A DNA stretch of 64,000 bases from an uncultured delta proteobacterium (lineage in GTDB: Bacteria > Desulfobacterota > RBG-13-43-22). Position 1 is the stretch's first letter. Each line of letters opens with the position of its first letter. The notes below the pieces were generated by a model. That model saw nothing but the letters and a program-made list of their open reading frames with translations, had not been told where the DNA came from and searched no databases. The position numbers were made by a program, and so were the translations under genes. This document shows, piece by piece, positions 47,958 to 57,927 of this stretch. The stretch lies in the NCBI GenBank assembly GCA_963790475.1, contig CAWBOS010000015.1:192001-256000 (forward strand). Direction: 5' to 3'.

Positions 47958-50120
47958 TCAAACCAAAAGAATTGAAAATACGGCGAGCGCCAACATCGCT
48001 TTTGTCGTTATATCGATGCCTGCCACGGGGATTAATATCAATCCGGCGAGGAGTGAACCTGCACACCCGCCGAGGAGGTCCGCCGAATACAAGGATGAAA
48101 TCACGCTCTTTTGATCTTGAATTTCATAAATGCTGACATAGGCGAAGATACCCGCCACTAAAATTCCTACTACGGCCAGGAGCAATGCAGTCAGGGCTAA
48201 ACCGGATGAAGCGCTCAGCGTTATTTTCATGGTTATGATAAGGGAAAGTAGCACGAATCCAACCAGCAGGCCAACCCCATACCATCTTGCCCGTTTTCGC
48301 CGATTCCTTAAACGGACTATGGATTGATTGATGGCCATTGACCCCAGGGCGAGCCCGGCCATGAAACTCATCAGCAGAATCCCTAGGTCCTGGTAGAGCA
48401 CGCCATGTTTCGCCTGATAGTATAGAATGAGAATCGTTTCCAGCACCATTCCTATGAAGCCGGCAACAGCCACCAGCAAAACACGACGCAAAGACGGCCG
48501 GAGTCGGCTGAGCAGAAAAGCGATGGGAAAACAAATAGTCACCACATATCGAAATGAAGACCTTACCGTCCCTTTGTCAATGAAGGAAGAAAAATCCGAC
48601 CAAGAGATGCGGGGGAAGAACTTAGAAAGCCAGATCATGAAAGCATACCGGTAGCATGCCGGTCTCAAGTCTGTATTCGGCTGCGCCGTTTCTCTCCGCA
48701 ACAAATTCCCGATTTCAAAGAACCGATCGTTATTAAAGAGATATTTAATATAGTTGGCAGAAATTAATCTGGTCCTGAGCCTCCTTTCCTGGAGGCGGCG
48801 GGACATTGCCTCCGGCAGGCCTGACAGAGGATTGCGGGAAGCAGTCACGACATTCGTCGTTCCCGGCAGAAAAAGCACATTGGTAAAAACCGATGTGAGA
48901 GCGCGGTAAATACTTGCCGTACGCCACAGTAACTGAGGACTCCACAGATTCTCGGCCGAGCGGAGCCTGAAGGCCTGGATACCCCCGGAATTCAGTTTTG
49001 CCGCGCACTGTTCAAAAAATTCCCTGGTGTAGAATCGGTTTGTTTGTCCCGATTGCGGTTCCGGCATACCGACCAATATAAGATCGTATGTTCCGCTTTC
49101 TTTAAGAAACAATCGGGGGTCGGCAAAGATGATGCGGACCCGTGGATCCTCGAGCGATTTTTGAATGTCGTCGGGGAGATGCCTGGAAATGAGCTCCAGC
49201 ATCGCCGGATTCAGTTCGACGTAGTCGATTTTTTCCGGACCATGCTGAAGCATTTCTCTTACGGTTCCTTCAATCCCCCCGCCGAGGATCAGGACCTGCC
49301 GCGGATTCTGATGCTGGAGGGCGGCGAGATGGACAAAATATTCGGCCTCTGTTCCTTCCGTCTCAAAGGCCAGGGCATCATTTTCAAAAACAGATATCTG
49401 ATCATAGAGCCTGCTGACGGAAACTCTGCCGTAGGGAGTATCCCTGCTTTCCACCAGGTTGGGGTGGTTCCAGAGGGTCATCTGCCGGTCGAGGAAAGGT
49501 GCGATCCATAGAAGCATCAAGAAAATACCGGCCAATAGGCCCCCTGTCCATCGCCGGGGGGATATTCCGGCCCCTCTCAAAAAGAATAGGGGAACGATAG
49601 CCAGGGCCAGGCCACACACTAAGGCAATCGTGAAATTCTGTACCCCCCATTTGAGGAATAGAGTGGCAAACAAACCGCCGATCAGTCCCCCGGCGCTTTC
49701 AATGGCGTAAGCCACGGCCAGCGTTTTGTCGCTTGATACGTATCTTTTAGCCGACCACTGGAATAAAAGGCCGGACAACAGTCCCGTAGGGAGGAGAGAT
49801 AGGACTACAATCATCAATTGTTGAAGAAGTGAAAGATAAGCGCCGGGCACACCGCCGACCAGGATTCGGCTGGCACGGATGAATATCACCTCCAGAGGAA
49901 GGGTGACAGCGAAGATCATAAAAAGAAAAGCAAGGTGATGAAGGGATGGAAAATAATTCCGGCGGCCGATCAGGGCACCCGAGGCAGTCCAGAACAACCA
50001 CAGGCCAAGGGAAAAAAGGTAAATCAGCTCAACCCCATAGAAGGCAACGTTCAATTCCCGCATCAGAACAACCTGACCGAGAATGGAAATCAGCCCTACG
50101 GAGAGGAGTGGGATGATCAT
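47958..50120 (-). CDS. Polytopic membrane protein with a spermidine-synthase-like (class I SAM-binding) domain
   Basis: About 7 N-terminal TMs, DTPYGRV, VLILGGG, DYVELNP, ADPRLFL, NRFYTREFF, C-terminal TMs with LYSADLLGG. Confidence 0.85.
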   Translation of the reverse strand: MIIPLLSVGLISILGQVVLMRELNVAFYGVELIYLFSLGLWLFWTASGALIGRRNYFPSLHHLAFLFMIFAVTLPLEVIFIRASRILVGGVPGAYLSLLQQLMIVVLSLLPTGLLSGLLFQWSAKRYVSSDKTLAVAYAIESAGGLIGGLFATLFLKWGVQNFTIALVCGLALAIVPLFFLRGAGISPRRWTGGLLAGIFLMLLWIAPFLDRQMTLWNHPNLVESRDTPYGRVSVSRLYDQISVFENDALAFETEGTEAEYFVHLAALQHQNPRQVLILGGGIEGTVREMLQHGPEKIDYVELNPAMLELISRHLPDDIQKSLEDPRVRIIFADPRLFLKESGTYDLILVGMPEPQSGQTNRFYTREFFEQCAAKLNSGGIQAFRLRSAENLWSPQLLWRTASIYRALTSVFTNVLFLPGTTNVVTASRNPLSGLPEAMSRRLQERRLRTRLISANYIKYLFNNDRFFEIGNLLRRETAQPNTDLRPACYRYAFMIWLSKFFPRISWSDFSSFIDKGTVRSSFRYVVTICFPIAFLLSRLRPSLRRVLLVAVAGFIGMVLETILILYYQAKHGVLYQDLGILLMSFMAGLALGSMAINQSIVRLRNRRKRARWYGVGLLVGFVLLSLIITMKITLSASSGLALTALLLAVVGILVAGIFAYVSIYEIQDQKSVISSLYSADLLGGCAGSLLAGLILIPVAGIDITTKAMLALAVFSILLV

Positions 50121-50125
50121 AGACG

Positions 50126-51691
50126 CTATTTGAATTCAGATTCACTAAATACTACGGCCTGAAATGTTGACAGTTGGGCGTGTTGTTTCCAGCATCCCGT
50201 AATCAGGCCGGCCTTGAGGCAGAGATTATCGAGCAATTCTTCACGCTTCCAGCCCTGTTCTGAGGCCACCTGGGGAAGGAAGACGGTGGAATGCTCGTCT
50301 TTGCTCAGGAGAACACCATCCCGCCCGACAACGATATCTCCGGCGCCGGATACTGGCCTCAAGGGGGTCAGAACCGATATTTCAATATCAATTTCATTGA
50401 GTTCATCGGCGGATAGAGGGCTGAAACGTCTATCGTTCAGTGCTGACTGGACGGCCATGGTCCCGACCAGTTTACAGAGGGGCTCATCACCGATGATTCT
50501 GCCGATACACCCGCGCAGTTCGCCCTTTTTCCTGAGTGTGACGAAAACCCCTTGCGGATTCTGCAGATGGGGAGGAAAACCTCTGGCCAAAGGAACCGTA
50601 TCCGTTAAAAGGAGTCGGGATAGGGTTTCCCTGGCCAAGTGAAGCAGGGCCTTCTTATCGGCAGGCCGAAGCTCGCCCGTTGCGGGAGCCGTAGATAATC
50701 GACTTTGGGTGTCACCCCTTATTTTACCCTCTTCCCTGGTCAAGACAACAGCGCCATATCCGACCACACGCGATCGATCGGACATGACGGATGAATCTCC
50801 TGAGTTCGCATAGCTAACGACAACCCCACGTACGGCGCCGAGCCATTTAGCGGCCGCCATGGCGGCCATGATGGGCGCCTCTCCGCAGGCGCAGGTAACG
50901 AGTTGGGCAATACGCCGATCCATTTGGGCCTGGATAGTCGCCTGCAATAAAGCCGGGTCCAACTTGGTCATGATCTCGAGGGTTTTCTTATCAACGGCAG
51001 AGGCATCTTTTGCATTCGGGTAGTGCGAAAGATCGGAACTGGCAACGATCAGGGCCCGTTTGTTCTTTATGGTTTTGGCCAGGGCCTGACCGAAACGGGT
51101 GCACAGAGGTATTGAAGGTGAGCCAACCACCGCGGGAACAATGCGGGCCTTCGGAAAGAGAACCTGGATAAAAGGCACGATAACTTCAACGGAATGCTCC
51201 TGTTCGTGAAGCGATTTATCCAAGGTGCAATCGGCAGGATCCGCCTCCATAAGCGCAGAGACGACCTCTCGATCGATCGCTGCGGTTCCCAGAGGCGTAC
51301 GGAAGCCTTTTCCCGGGTAGAGAGACACTTTTTGGAACGAAGGGCTGGTGTGGTTTGTTCCTAAGATAATGACCACGTCATATTTTTGATTGCTAACCTG
51401 CTGGAATCCGTCAGCACAAATTTGACCGGAAAAGATATATCCGGCGTGGGGAACAATAATGGCCACAGGGCTTTTAACTTTGACAGGAATCGCATCCTGA
51501 AGGAATTTTTCGATAGCGAGTTTCAACCTGGAGGGGGAATCGGAATAGAACTTTCCGGCAACGACCGGGGCGCGAACTTCGGCATCAGAAGCCTTCTCTG
51601 CCTGACAGGCCGACGCAAAGCCGAGACCAATGACGATCAGTATCAGACACCAGGGCATGATTCTCATTTCCAGCCACCTCCTCACCTTCAC
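50126..51691 (-). CDS. amrB: AmmeMemoRadiSam protein B (MEMO1-like) fused to protein A (AMMECR1-like), with N-terminal signal peptide
   Basis: RAPVVAGKFY, PHAGYIFSG, EHSVEV, ASSDLSHY, YANSGD, VVGY; GVFVTL..GELRGCIG, DRRF, FLPQVA. Confidence 0.93.
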   Translation of the reverse strand: MKVRRWLEMRIMPWCLILIVIGLGFASACQAEKASDAEVRAPVVAGKFYSDSPSRLKLAIEKFLQDAIPVKVKSPVAIIVPHAGYIFSGQICADGFQQVSNQKYDVVIILGTNHTSPSFQKVSLYPGKGFRTPLGTAAIDREVVSALMEADPADCTLDKSLHEQEHSVEVIVPFIQVLFPKARIVPAVVGSPSIPLCTRFGQALAKTIKNKRALIVASSDLSHYPNAKDASAVDKKTLEIMTKLDPALLQATIQAQMDRRIAQLVTCACGEAPIMAAMAAAKWLGAVRGVVVSYANSGDSSVMSDRSRVVGYGAVVLTREEGKIRGDTQSRLSTAPATGELRPADKKALLHLARETLSRLLLTDTVPLARGFPPHLQNPQGVFVTLRKKGELRGCIGRIIGDEPLCKLVGTMAVQSALNDRRFSPLSADELNEIDIEISVLTPLRPVSGAGDIVVGRDGVLLSKDEHSTVFLPQVASEQGWKREELLDNLCLKAGLITGCWKQHAQLSTFQAVVFSESEFK

Positions 51692-52929
51692 ATCCAGACA
51701 CCGGCAATCTTATGGTTGCAGAACTTACAGTGACCGCCCTTCACATTCATCTCCAGAATGAAGAAATTCTGTCTTTCCACGACGATTTTTTTGCAATTCG
51801 GACAGTAGGTGTGATTACCCGGATGACCCGGTACATTTCCGACATAAGGATAATGAAGGCCTCTGTTAAGGGCCGTGTCACGGGCACGTTCCAGGGTGGC
51901 AACGGGTGTGGGCGGGAGACTGAGCAGTTGATAGTCGGGATGAAAACGGGTGAAGTGGATCGGGACGTCTGGACCGACTTCCCCCAATATCCAGTTGATC
52001 AACTCCAGGAGCATTTTATCGGAATCATTTAATGTCGGAACGACCAGATTAACGATTTCCAGATGGATGCGGCTTTTGGCTATCTTTTTGATGCTTTTCA
52101 GCACCGGCCTCAGTTCCGCTCCACAGACAGAACGATAAAATTGATCGCTGTAACCCTTAAGGTCAATCTTAATGGCGTCAAGCACTTCGCACATTTCAGC
52201 CAGAGGCGCCTCATTCATGAAACCGCAACTGATCAAAACAGACCGCAGCTTCTGCTTTTTCGCCTCTCGGGCGATGTCCGTCAGGTATTCCGTAAAGACG
52301 GTCGGTTCATTGTAGGTAAAGGCAATGACGGTTGCCTTACTGTCGGAAGCAGCCCTGCTGATCTGCGCCGGCGCCGTATAGGGAACCTTATAATCTTCCG
52401 GCGAGGCCTGGGAGATTTCCCAGTTCTGGCAGAACTTACACTGAAGCGGGCAACCGGAGGTCGCCAGAGAGTAGGCTGCGGCCCCCGGCAGGAAATGATA
52501 GAAAGGCTTTTTTTCTATTGGATCGATATGGATGGATATGGGACGGCCATAGACGAGGCTGCGCAGCTCTCCTTTTATGTTTATTCGAGCGCGGCATTTA
52601 CCCCTCTGTCCGCTTTCGATAACGCATCCGTGAGCGCACAAGAGACATTTAACGATGTTGGCCTGATGGCGATAGGACTTTCCCTTAAGACTTTCCGGAT
52701 TATTGTGGCAGGCTGAACAATCGGCTTTCGCCGAGGCTACCGAAACCCAGTAACGTGCTACGGGAGCGGAGGCGATGATTTCATCTATCTGATTACGCGC
52801 CAGGGCCGCGCCTGAGCCATCGCCAAACAAAAACGCCTTCCAAAGCGGATCGGACAGAACCATACCGGCCCCGCCGGTTATCGAGGCCAGCTTGGCTGCC
52901 AGAGTTAGAAACTTACGTCTTGAGATCAT
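51688..52929 (-). CDS. amrS: AmmeMemoRadiSam radical SAM enzyme with Tat-like signal peptide
   Basis: CLLCAHGC..GKC, DPIEKKPFYHF, GCPLQCKFCQNWEISQ, FTYNEP, HFTRFHPDY, YVGNV, CPNC; N-terminal SRRKFL. Confidence 0.94.
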   Translation of the reverse strand: MISRRKFLTLAAKLASITGGAGMVLSDPLWKAFLFGDGSGAALARNQIDEIIASAPVARYWVSVASAKADCSACHNNPESLKGKSYRHQANIVKCLLCAHGCVIESGQRGKCRARINIKGELRSLVYGRPISIHIDPIEKKPFYHFLPGAAAYSLATSGCPLQCKFCQNWEISQASPEDYKVPYTAPAQISRAASDSKATVIAFTYNEPTVFTEYLTDIAREAKKQKLRSVLISCGFMNEAPLAEMCEVLDAIKIDLKGYSDQFYRSVCGAELRPVLKSIKKIAKSRIHLEIVNLVVPTLNDSDKMLLELINWILGEVGPDVPIHFTRFHPDYQLLSLPPTPVATLERARDTALNRGLHYPYVGNVPGHPGNHTYCPNCKKIVVERQNFFILEMNVKGGHCKFCNHKIAGVWM

Positions 52930-52974
52930 GATACCCTTGAAGGATTTCCTCGCCAGCGTTCGTTTTGTTTTATG

Positions 52975-53065
52975 GATAGTATAAGGGAAATATCAACTGC
53001 AAGTCAATGAGAAGAAATGGGAAGGCAAGGAGGCGGGGGTCTTAGGAGGAAAATGTAGTTCTGGA
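52975..53065 (-). promoter_or_regulatory. Repeated promoter element, diverged copy C
   Basis: Minus strand TTGACT-18-TATACT; plus strand TCAATGAGAAGAAATGGGAA...GGGGTCTT...GAAAATG. Confidence 0.45.
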
Positions 53066-53374
53066 ATTTGCTAACAAAAGGGGATTAAGGTAAAGGAAGA
53101 AGCCTCCAAGAAAATTTGTCTGCTATAACCGATTGAATTTTATACATTAACCACTACTCTTGTATTCATATTTGCTTGACATATAAGAGCCCTATCCCTA
53201 TACTCGGCTCAGAAATACTATCAGGTTCATAAGAAGAAACGAATGACTGTTAAGGTTCATTATCATTACCTGGTCGTCATTGAAAGCCGGAGTCCGGGAA
53301 TTAAACATTTCTCAGATAAGGCGGAATATCATTTCAATTATGAGAACGGCAGATAATTAAGGAGAGAGAGTTTC

Positions 53375-55207
53375 ATGGAATTTAAATATGATGTAAGAGA
53401 TTTAAAGTTTATTCTAAAAGAATGGCTGCCCACGGATGAAGTGACCGCCTGTGATCGATTCAAAGAGACCTTCAGTGTCGACGATGTGGATATGCTTTTA
53501 ACCGAAGGTTATAAGGTGGCCCGGGAAATCATTAATCCGATCAACGCCCCGGGGGATAAGATCGGGGTCAAATTCGAAAACGGCCAATCCATCCCTCCGC
53601 CGGGATTCAAAGAGGCCTACCAATTCTTACAACAGAACGGTTGGGGCACCAGCAGTGAGTGCATCATGGTGGAAACGGGAATGCCCTTGATCATATACAA
53701 AGCCATCTTCGAAATGAACACCGCCGCCTGCACATCCCTCATGTCGGCGATCAAGCTGACCAGCGGGGTATCCAACCTTCTGCTCCGCTTCGGGAGAGCA
53801 AAAGGACAAGTACCTCTTCCTTCCCAAGTTGTTCTCCGGCGAATGGCAGGGAACCATGTGCATCACCGAGCCGAACTACGGCTCCGACGCCGGAGACATG
53901 ATTTCCAGATCCTTTCCTACGGATGATCCGCACCTGTTTAAGATCAAAGGCACCAAGATGTTTATTACCTGCGGCGACCAGGGCCAGTGTGAAAACACGA
54001 TTCATATGGTCCTGGCCAGGACCCAGGGAGGGGCTCCGGGTTCGGCCGGTATCGGGCTTTACATCGTTCCCAAGATATGGGTTAACGAGGACGGTTCTTT
54101 GGGAGAACCCAATGATGTGACCACCATCGGCCTGGAACATAAAATGGGTCTCAAAGGTCAGGCCACGGCCCTGCTCAATTTCGGTGAAAACGACCGGTGT
54201 TACGGTATCCTGGTCGGCGACTCCTCCGGACGAGAAGGGTGTGTCCAAGGGATTGTCCATGATGTTTCACATGATGAATGAATCCAGGATCGGTACAGGC
54301 CACAACTCGAATTCCCAGGCGGCCGCATCTTACTATTACGCTTCCCAGTACGCCACGGAGCGGATTCAAGGCCGGCCCTTTCGGCATCCGGGACGCCGAA
54401 CGGGTTCCTATCATCCAACACGAGGACATCCGCAGGATGCTCCTGGACATGAAGGCCCATGTGGAAGGAATCCGGGCCATGACCTTCAAGGGTTTTTATT
54501 ATCTCGATATCCAGGCCAACAGCAGCGATCAAGCCAAAGCCAAACAGTGCGGCCAGTTTGCTGAAATATTAACCCCTCTGGTTAAGGGGTACGGCAGCGA
54601 AGCCTCCCTGGGGGTTATTGCCCAGGCCATGCAGGTTTTCGGCGGCGTGGGCTACACCCAGGAATATCCCGTGGAACAATACCTGCGGGACTCGAAGATT
54701 CTGACCATCTGGGAAGGGACCACCTACATTCATGCTCAGGACCTCATCAACCGCAAAATGCGAATGGACGGCGGGAAACCCTTCAAGGACTGGATGGCCG
54801 GCATCAAGGCCTTTATTGATTCCAATGCCAAGGCCGAGGGGTTCGAGAAAGAAATGGACAAGCTCGCCCGGGGTTACCAGTGTCTGGCTGAGGTGGTGGC
54901 CATCTACGATTCCTGGTACAACAACCTGGAAGTTAAACGTCCTCTCATACCGCTTTATGCCGTACGGGCCTTATTCGTCTGCGCCCAGGTGAAAGTAGCC
55001 AAATGCCTTATGGAGCATGCTCTGATCGCCAAAGAAAAGCTGGTTCGAGCTGAAGGCGTTGAGGCTACCTTCTACCAGGGAAAAATCGCCTCGGCCCGTT
55101 ATTTTCTGAACAACATCCTGCCCAATGTGTATTTAACAACGGAAATAATCAGAGATGCGGATACGACTGTCCTGGATTGTCCCGGGGAAGCATTGATCGT
55201 CAGATAG
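53375..55207 (+). pseudogene. Acyl-CoA dehydrogenase split by three +1 frameshifts
   Basis: Consecutive ORFs carry GTMCITEPNYGSD, GTKMFIT, EHKMGLKG, MFHMMNESRIG, QVFGGVGYTQEYPVEQYLRD, IWEGTT. Confidence 0.88.
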
Positions 55208-55236
55208 GCTTAGGTGAATTCTTCGGATTTGATTCG

Positions 55237-56187
55237 ATGAAAGATTTGGCCCCTACAGATAACTCCTCATTCTCCGATGAAACAGGACAATATGAATACC
55301 TGTTTCGATTGAATCGGGCCATCGATTATATCCAAAAGCACTATGACGAAAATTTGAACCTGACAAAACTGGCCGAGATCGCCTGTTTTTCAAAATATCA
55401 TTTCCATCGCCTATTCAGAGCAATAGTGGGTGAAACACTCAGCGGCTTTGTGCGACGTTTCCGTCTGGAAAAAGCGGTCCACAAACTCATATTGGAAAAA
55501 CACAAGTCCATAACTGACATCGCTCTCGATTGCGGATTTTCGAGTTCGCAGAATTTTGCCAAGGCCTTCAAGTCCTATTTTGGCGTCAATTCCACTTTTA
55601 TTCGGAAAAAATTTTGCTGGAAAATTATCGAAAATAAGGAGGAAAACAGGGAAGCTCTCCAGAGATCCATGATTCAATCCCGATGGGTGATAAAAAACAG
55701 GGTGGAATCAGAGACCATTTCGGTAAGAATCTCGGATATCCCCTCTTACCAGGTAGCCTATATCCGGAGGATCGGCCCTTATCAGCCGGAAAGGATGACC
55801 CCGGTTTTTTCCCGACTGTTGCAATGGGCGGCCTCCAGAGGGTTATGGAATGGAAATTCCATTCTGATAGGGACGGTGTGGAATAATCCTCGGATAACTC
55901 CCGAAGATAAATGCATCTGTGATGCCTGCATCATGGTCCCTGAATCCCTGAGATTCACAGAAGGGATTAATATTCAATCTTTACCGGGAGGGAAGTTTGC
56001 GGTCTATCGTTGTCAGATCGGACCCCAGGATTTTCCTGAGGCCTGGATGCGCTTGATTTCTCTTTGGCTGCTGTCCAGTGATTATCAACCGGATGACCGT
56101 CCTTCTTATGTTTTATATCATGATGGTGGACCTCCTCCTTTAAAACCCTGGATTGTCGATCTCTGCCTGCCGATAAAGCCCTTGTGA
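55237..56187 (+). CDS. AraC-family regulator with GyrI-like effector domain
   Basis: ACFSKYHFHRLF, SITDIALDCGFSSSQNFAKAFK, VAYIRRIGPY, LPGGKFAV. Confidence 0.92.
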   Translation: MKDLAPTDNSSFSDETGQYEYLFRLNRAIDYIQKHYDENLNLTKLAEIACFSKYHFHRLFRAIVGETLSGFVRRFRLEKAVHKLILEKHKSITDIALDCGFSSSQNFAKAFKSYFGVNSTFIRKKFCWKIIENKEENREALQRSMIQSRWVIKNRVESETISVRISDIPSYQVAYIRRIGPYQPERMTPVFSRLLQWAASRGLWNGNSILIGTVWNNPRITPEDKCICDACIMVPESLRFTEGINIQSLPGGKFAVYRCQIGPQDFPEAWMRLISLWLLSSDYQPDDRPSYVLYHDGGPPPLKPWIVDLCLPIKPL

Positions 56188-56418
56188 GCTGATAACTCAA
56201 GTAATTTTCTCATAGATATTTCCTTGAAACGATCTGTACTCCGAATACAAATCGCAAGATTTTTAACCAAGACTACCCGCCTGGCGTCCTAAAAACAAGA
56301 ACGGGAAACAAAAAAAGCAACAATCGACAAGAATTACTTTTAGAAATCGTCTATATTACAAAATACGTTCCTTATACCCCCCGATGCCGCAAAAGCCAGG
56401 GATGCCGCAGATACAAGC

Positions 56419-57084
56419 ATGTTCATGAAAAGATTCCTAAAACCCATAGCTGGTCTCTTGGTCCTGGTGGTATTAACCTGGACGATCAAGTATTATATCC
56501 TTGCCCATTACTTCAATCTTGAGACCATCCGCTCTATAGTGCAATCCCTGGGTCCTTATGGCCCCCTGGTTTTTATCGGCCTGTGCATAGCTGCGGTACT
56601 CTTCCATTTACCGGAGGTTGTCTTTATTGCCATCGGCGGTGTCTTGTTCGGCGGGACGGGAGGGTTTGCCCTGGGCTGGATAGGCTCGACCGCCGGTTCG
56701 ACCTGCTCCTTTCTGCTGGCCCGCTATTTCCTGCGGGAGGCCTTGCAGCGGGCCGTGTCCTCCCGGTTTAAGCGCATCCAGGCCCTGGACGAGCGTCTGG
56801 AACGCCGGGGCTTCCAGACCGTGCTGGCCCTTCGTCTTATGCTTTTCATGGCCCCGCCGCTTAACTGGGCCATCGGGGTGACACGGGTGCGCTTTCGGCA
56901 TTATATCTTGGGCTCGGCCCTGGGTGTTATACCCTGTATCGCCGTTACCTCCTACGCCGCCGATTCCATTGTCCGGGCCGGTTCCTTTTCCGCCGCCTTC
57001 ACCTCCGGGACCCTCTTGCTCCTTTCCCTCGTCCTCCTCCTGGTAATCCTGAGCTCAATCGCCGCCTCCCGGTTCTTTCGCTGA
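56419..57084 (+). CDS. TVP38/TMEM64 (DedA superfamily) membrane protein
   Basis: GGVLFG, FLLARY, VLALRL, NWAIGVTRVRFRHY. Confidence 0.9.
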   Translation: MFMKRFLKPIAGLLVLVVLTWTIKYYILAHYFNLETIRSIVQSLGPYGPLVFIGLCIAAVLFHLPEVVFIAIGGVLFGGTGGFALGWIGSTAGSTCSFLLARYFLREALQRAVSSRFKRIQALDERLERRGFQTVLALRLMLFMAPPLNWAIGVTRVRFRHYILGSALGVIPCIAVTSYAADSIVRAGSFSAAFTSGTLLLLSLVLLLVILSSIAASRFFR

Positions 57085-57242
57085 TTCTCATTTGGGAAAT
57101 CCACCGGCAAGGCCAATTTGAAATGAAGGAAGTAAATTAAAAAAGAAATTATGGACAAGAAATAATTTTAAGAATGGTCTAAGTTGAACCAACTTTATTC
57201 GAAATGAGTTCCAGGAACGTCTAAGGTTAAGAAGGGAATCCT

Positions 57243-57911
57243 ATGAAATTCGTGAAGTCATTGGAAGAGATACAAGCTTTTAGAAGTAAAACAGCCGAGT
57301 TTTATGATGCCGAAATGCTGCTGGTTCTTTGGGAAACAAAACCCGAGATCATTGCCGGACTTCTTCCCTGGCCCTTGACACCGGCCGAGTATCCCTTGGT
57401 CTCAGCCTTTGTGGCCAATTATCCCCGTACCAATTTTGATGTAGTCTAGAAAATGGCGGATATCCATTTCTCCAAAGACGGAGAATTAATTAAAGGGTGG
57501 ACCGAACGACGCGGGATTAGATTCATGGAAATTCAAGCTAAACTGACCGGAAAGTTCAATGATCCCCAGTCTCAGGATTTTCTGATGGGGAATATCAACA
57601 GCGACGGTTCCATCAAAAGGACTTCTTTTCTATTTAAACACTTTCCGGCCCCCGAGGGGGATGGGTTCGATTTCAATCCGAGACTTATCAGGCAGGAAAC
57701 GGTTTTCAGACCTAAAGTGATCCAGATGGGTGAAGGGAAAATAATTCTCAGACCATCCGACTATGACCCCTGGGCCGAGGCGGAGGTTGTGAAAATGCTT
57801 GGAGCCGTTTACCTGGTGGGAGACAATTCCATGCTGGAGGGAAAGATCCTGACTGAAGTCGATCCCTTGAAATTCGCGCCCCATGCTTTTTTGAAATGGG
57901 ATATGAAATAA
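57243..57911 (+). pseudogene. Acetoacetate decarboxylase family protein with internal deletion and in-frame stop
   Basis: WETKPEIIAGLLPWPL N-terminus, TAG at 57447-57449, then KMADI...; the central GRE..GxPK segment is missing. Confidence 0.7.
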
Positions 57912-57927
57912 TGAAAGAGAAAAGATT

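Noticed and set aside
57447-57449. In-frame TAG in the acetoacetate decarboxylase-like gene as possible pyrrolysine or readthrough
   Set aside because: The stop coincides with loss of the central family segment that includes the catalytic-Lys motif region, so it looks like a deletion junction. No pyl genes are in the window.
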